Assembly (NCBI RefSeq): GCF_009914755.1
Contig: NC_060926.1
DNA from: the human T2T-CHM13v2.0 reference genome, Homo sapiens
Direction: 5' to 3' (one strand)
DNA: 64,000 bases
Position numbers and translations under genes: made by a program. How positions within the stretch are numbered: the stretch's first letter is position 1; each line of letters starts with the position of its first letter. Positions 55,651 to 64,000 of this stretch are shown piece after piece. The notes under the pieces were generated by a model that had not been told where the DNA came from, did no database searches, and saw nothing but the letters and a program-made list of their open reading frames with translations.

Positions 55651-56780
55651 TTAAAAAGAGATAAAATTTATAAAGGTTTGCAACAGTTTTAAATTTTGTG
55701 GTAATGTGAAAATCAGTTCAATCTTATGACACATAAAAATGTATAAACTCATAGAACTCATCTTAATAAATAGTATATTTTGAATTTGATTAACAGCATT
55801 TTTAGTCCTGTTTGTATAAATGAAGCAAACACATTCTTATGTTTCCTAGAAAAAAATTAAAAATAAAAAAGACATGTTTAATTGGGAATCACTTGTTAAT
55901 CACTTTTTCTTACAACTGCTGCACTAGTGATGTGTGCTGTCCAATACTTCCTATCATCTACCAAAATATCATATTCCTAATCCTCATATCTTTTACATTC
56001 TGTGACATTTTGTAATCAATTACAGAAAATGTGTTTTTATCTTAGCTAATTACCTGTCAATTTTATGGGAAAATTTTAATCAGTCCTATTATACCCAGGT
56101 ACTATTTTAGCCATAAACCTTCCTAGGAACCAAAGCTGACATGGGTTGGGTTGCCCCACGAGTCAGTGTACCTACCACTGGAGGTACCAAGTCAAACAGA
56201 AGCCAACTCACCATCTGTCACTCACAGGGGCCTCCACTAAGCAGCCTGTTTCTCCCTTTAGTGCTGACTTCACTGACCTGCACTGTATCATCCAGTCAAT
56301 TTGCACCATGCTGTCTCACAATTCAAGGTTTTGCTTCTGCTGTCTGCTCCACTGGGATGGCCTTCCTCTTTGCATTTAATGAACCCTATTCTTCTTTCAT
56401 TCTGCTCATCTCCTCACCTCTGTAAGGCTTTCTTAGACCCCTGTCTTGACATTCCCATAACACTCTGCACATAATACTTTGAAGTATTTAAACTTAATCT
56501 TAATTTTTTGCAATTATGTGTAAGCAGCTCCCTTCTCCCACCGCCACTGTATTTTGGGGGCCATGAATGCAGAAAATCATTCTTGTTTCTCTTTGTATTT
56601 CCAATGGGTGGGCACTACCTGACAAACCGAAAGTCTAACAAATGTCTGTTGAATAAATGCATGAATTAATGAATAAATTAGATGATGTCTGATATCCCTT
56701 ATAAGGGTAAGTTTATGACTTACATACTCATTATTTACTTTAAGACTTACATTATGACTTACATACTCATTTATTTAGTA

Positions 56781-56850
56781 GTTGCCTCAGCTGGTTAAAG
56801 CATGGAGTTAAGGAGAAGCAATAGATTTCAACGTTCCATGGGCCAATTCC
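56781..56850 (+). mobile_element. Possible ancient tRNA-derived SINE head (MamSINE1-like)
   Basis: gcctcagctggttaaagcatgg..taa..tgggccaatt resembles a decayed tRNA-Ile-like head. Confidence 0.35.
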
Positions 56851-57984
56851 TTTCATAGAAAATGAAGAGTAATAATCTGTATTCCTAAAAATAGCCAGTC
56901 AAGGTACCTCAGTACAAATCAGTCTCCCCAAATGCAAAAGCCCACAAACTTCATATCCTACTCCTGGAGGGCCAGCTGAATTATCTTCCCATATTAAGGA
57001 AAACACCTATATAAAAACGGATTATCTTCTAAAAAGAGTAACATCTTATATGTGATTACAGACCCTAGAAATGTAAGTATCATCTTGCCTAAGTTGTCAG
57101 CTGATAAATAACAGAGCTGAGATTTGAACTCATGACTGAATGCAGAGTTCATGTTCTTAACAGTGCCTAGGACATTGTCGCCACTAAAAAACATTAGGTA
57201 TTATTATAGAACTCCCATATTAAAAAAAAAAAAAAAAGACCCAAGAGCTGCATTCTTCATATTGAATAAAGTTAAACTGACTTAAGTCTAATTCAATTTT
57301 GAGTATATTTTTCTAATTTTCTTGACAAAAGCCTGACAAATACATCTTTATTCATGATACCGCATTTATTCTACTCCCCAAACCTCATCTCTACTTGCCG
57401 AACTCTCACAATTTAAAATTCAGTTCAAATATGACTTCATTTATGATGTCCTCCTAGATCATCACAAACAGATTTAGTGATTTGGTTCATGGCTTTCTTC
57501 TTACATGCTTGTTTTACCCAGTAGTATCTTTCCCATAGACTTTAAGCTTCTCCAGGATAGGAGCAGTCTTTTTATTTCTCCCAAAGCCTGAAATATTGTC
57601 CTGCACACAGCTGTTCCGAATAAATGTTTAATGAACAGTGAATAACTTCAGTAGTAGACTACCTCATGGGAGTTGTTGGATCCTTTATTCTTTCTCTCAC
57701 TGCCTGCTGGTGTTGACAGTCACTGATATATTAGTATTTTTATTAGCAAAGGTATTAAAGTAGCCTTTAGCATTTGTTAATCACCTAGTAAATTTTGCTT
57801 TGTTTATGAAATTGACTGTTTTTACCTGTTCCCCACCATCCTGAAGCAGCTGGTTTGACAGAAAGGTAGAATGGCCTTTTAAGACTCCATTACACTGCCA
57901 GGTAGGTACCTTGCAGGGCTGGGCCAGGGTTCTCCAGAAAGCTGGATATGCTCTGAATCAGTGTCTAATATATTATAGCATGGT

Positions 57985-58620
57985 TTCTCCCATAGCCAGT
58001 ATTTACAGGTCCAGGGATCAAGGGATGGAAATGCGAGTGGCATCACCCACCATTACCACCTAGTGATCCACTGGCAACATTTTTGCTTCCTGTTCCTGTG
58101 ACCTTATGTTCGGCAGGCCTAGAGGTCTTTGTCTAAGGGAGAGGAACACTTCCACCAGGAGATACAACAGCAACTTTGAACTCCTCATGCCTTCCAATCA
58201 ACAAAGAAGACAGCTACTGTGCTGGCTGGATGACTAATCCTGACTACTAAGGGGAAATTGGATTGCTGTTTCACAGTGGAGGTGTAAGAAAGAGTAGGTC
58301 TGAAATACATGAGATCCCTTAGGGATCTCTTTGTATAATCATGCCTTGTGATTAAGGTCAATGGAAAACTACAACAATCCAATCCAGGCAGAACTACCAA
58401 TCTCCCAGACCCTTCAGGACTGTGGATTTGGGTCACCCTACCAGATATAGAATTACAACCGGCTGAGGTGTTGTTCTCCAATGGGAAAGGGAATATGGGA
58501 TGGATAGAGGAGGAAGGTACTTATAACTACCAGCTGTGACCACATGACAGGTATCAAAAATGAGAACTGTAATTGTCACAAGTATTTCCTTAATTTGTTG
58601 TGAATATGCTTGTGCATCTA
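57985..58620 (+). mobile_element. ERV-L internal fragment (end of integrase plus dUTPase region), degenerate
   Basis: Decayed frames give SDPLA.FLLPVP, AGLEV, LPPGDT, PDY*GEIGLL, VIKVNGKLQQ.NPGRTTN.PDPSG, which are HERV-L-like. Confidence 0.75.
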
Positions 58621-59436
58621 TATCTATATAGAAGTATATATATAAAGATATATGCCTATGTATAAGATATATATGCACATCTTGTCATTTCTGTTTCCTT
58701 GGAGGGCCCCAATATACATATTTATCTATTATTTTCAATCTTTTCTGCCATAAAATCATTACCCTAGATATTAAGCAGTATAGTTCCACGTCTTTTCCTT
58801 GTCCCCATATCACTAAAGTGATAAGAAGTATGCTATCAAGACAAAGAGAAAAATAGGTATAATCCATGTAATATGAAAAATAAACCATAACACCATTTCC
58901 AGTTATCACAATGCATCAAAGGTGACATTTTATACTTGAGAGATTGCTAATAGCTTCTTTACTTTTATTTAAACTGCCTACTTTTAGCTAATCCATCTCC
59001 CCCTTCTGCTTTTAAAAACTATCTGTTCTATTAGTGTTTTTTTCCCTATATTTCTACTTCCTATTACAGATAGAACAATAATGAAAATAAATGAGGATTC
59101 CGAAACGTGGAGACTCATATCACACTCTTATAAACCTAATTATTATCTGGTACTATAAATGCTAATCCTAGTACATAGTAGACCCTAAATAACTAAGTTA
59201 CTTGAATAAGAACTTAATTTGGTAGCTGAAATTCTAAATTCCTATAACACTCTATTTTTATCTTTCTTAGGGTATATACCACTTTTAATACATTTAAGTT
59301 ACCTGAATTTATTTATTTATTGAGGGTTAAGCCTATGTTTTATTTTTCTAGATATCCACACATTAAAAAAAAAGTTAAACAAGATCTTAGGTCATTTCTT
59401 CTTTGATTCAGATGGTTGTATTTTATAAGACTCTTA

Positions 59437-59571
<135 letters not shown>

Positions 59572-60124
59572 TCACTACCAGTACAAAGCTGAACTGAAGT
59601 TAGCTAACAATTTTAGGTTATAAAATAAACAACACTGAAAAATACATAAGTAGCATCAAGAAAAATAAAAGCATTATGAAAACAAAGTGCAGCATTTTGC
59701 TTTATTATAAAAGAAAAAAAGTTTATCTTCCCACTGCTATCCCTCCAGTCTTTGAGGGGATTTTGTTTCTTTATAATGTGGGTATGTCATATGTACAGCA
59801 TGATACATAACTAGATAGAAAGACAATGCACACATGTAAGCATAAACACAAACTCCTGGGCAAGACTAGAGTGATTTCTTTTGACAAAATAAGGTAGGGA
59901 AAAAAAGCAAACAAACAAAAAACCCAGTAACAATAACAACAACAACAAAAAGACTAGAGAGATTTCCTTCCTAACCAGTTTCATAGATTGCATTAAAATG
60001 CTTTTAAGAACAGGAAATTAAATCAGGCAATGCCTCTTTACCAACATCTCCTAAAAGATGTTTTAGAGGATGTTAATAATTATCATGGTCAAATTGGGGC
60101 ACTGTGGGTCACCTGTTTAGTCAC

Positions 60125-62130
<2,006 letters not shown>

Positions 62131-62604
62131 CTATTAAAATTTATCCATTTTCCTGTGACTTATCACATTAATTCCTTTTAAGTTTTGTCTCTCTTCTTTA
62201 ACGTATTTTAAACATCTTAATTTGTCTCATTTTTCTCCCGTAAATATAGACATTTTCCTTTATCCTATAAGCATATTAAATTTTCTTTATATTAAGTAAT
62301 AAGACTAGAAAAAAATCTTAAGGGCTACTCCATTCATAACCTCATTAATAATTCAATTCTTTAAATATAAGAATTAATACTCAATCTTCCTTCAGGGTAT
62401 TTTTAGCTTTCTTTTTGTTTAGTTATCAATAAAATACCAAATTTTACCACCAATCATTCTTCACAAAATGAAAGGAAAACATCCATGCTGTTTGGTTCAG
62501 TTTAGGCTGTCAAAATGAGTTTGTCCCAGAAAAATAGCTTGTCTTTTTTTGTCTTCTATTTTGTACTACGTGGTCAGACTACACAGTTCTCTTTTATCTT
62601 GCCT

Positions 62605-63262
<658 letters not shown>

Positions 63263-63649
63263 TCAGAGCCATTTTTTTTTAATCAATTTAATTTATATAA
63301 TAACTTTCCAGTGCTAACATCTAGGGTAACTGATGAGTCGTCTACGTGTTTACCTGATACAGATTTGAGGACTTCTTAATTACACAACTGTTTAAAAGGC
63401 TTTCATATCTGAATATATCCTAACTTCAAAAAACTGCTGCTTACTAAATAGAAAATGTATTTCATGCCAAATCTCACCTATTCTTGACTTTTGCACTAAT
63501 TTCTCTTGTCTGAGTAAGAAGATAACCTCATTGTGCATCATTTTCATGTAGTTTTATGAAAAACACATTTTCTTCATTATACAGGCAACTATACAGCCTA
63601 CATAATATAGTCTGATAAATAAGAGCTAATAACGAGAACCAATGTTTAC

Positions 63650-63870
63650 TGACACTATGTGCCACGTATGATGTTAACTGAGACTTTGCCTGCGTTATCT
63701 CATTTAGGCCTCACAACAACTCAATACATAGATATTAGGATTATTATTCTAATTTTACAGATAAAGAAATTGAGACACAGGGGAGTTAGATGTGCCCAAC
63801 CTAGCATGTGGCAAAAATGGGATCTGAACCCTGGCAACCTAACTTTGGAGCTTGTATGCTTAGTAATCAT
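63650..63870 (-). mobile_element. MIR
   Basis: ttttacagataaagaaattgagacacagggg..tgccca..gggatctgaaccc. Confidence 0.7.
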
Positions 63871-63989
63871 TCATGAAATTGTCTCCCAAGATGTTTTATT
63901 GTCTATACTCTAATCGACTTTTCTTCATTTGAATTCTATTAATTTCAAATTAAAAAATAAAATAAATAAAACTCAGTATTTTCACTTAC

Positions 63990-64000
63990 CATATGGATAC
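63990..64000 (-). CDS. EIF2AK3: EIF2AK3 (PERK) exon 8, 3' end only (..YPY/D), truncated by window edge
   Basis: ATATG|gtaagt donor (acttac at 63984-63989); phase 1 joins exon 9 to give GAT (Asp). Confidence 0.85.

Noticed and set aside
56781-56850. Functional tRNA gene
   Set aside because: A-box-like part only; T-arm/B-box and acceptor stem are degenerate.

Overview
Alu-rich primate, almost certainly human, genomic DNA. Gene content matches chromosome 2p11.2; this is recognised from the encoded proteins, not from a database search. The + strand carries the complete coding sequence of the small testis gene TEX37/SPMIP9 (3 coding exons, 1651-5480, 180 aa). The - strand carries the 3' half of EIF2AK3 (PERK): the end of exon 8, exons 9-17 with all splice sites and phases checked by hand, and a ~1 kb 3'UTR ending near 32745. 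The ~27 kb between the two convergent genes holds many Alu, L1, L2, MIR, LTR and DNA-transposon relics, plus an orphan CpG-rich segment. The most interesting candidate system is an LTR10-like (HERV-I) solo LTR inserted into an Alu (14293-14830). It carries a perfect palindromic p53 element, two CCAAT boxes and a TATA-like box, and points toward PERK. On the same strand, an acceptor and a poly(A) signal bracket PERK exon 13. Together these suggest a p53-inducible, retrovirus-driven antisense RNA against PERK; this link is a hypothesis. Other oddities include a 46-bp copy of the CpG-rich segment pasted into a nearby Alu, a young AluYa5 in a near-abutting inverted Alu pair, an MLT2A LTR with a splice donor and a 30-bp perfect palindrome, and a miR-204/211 site in the PERK 3'UTR. 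Repeat family names and boundaries are by eye and approximate.
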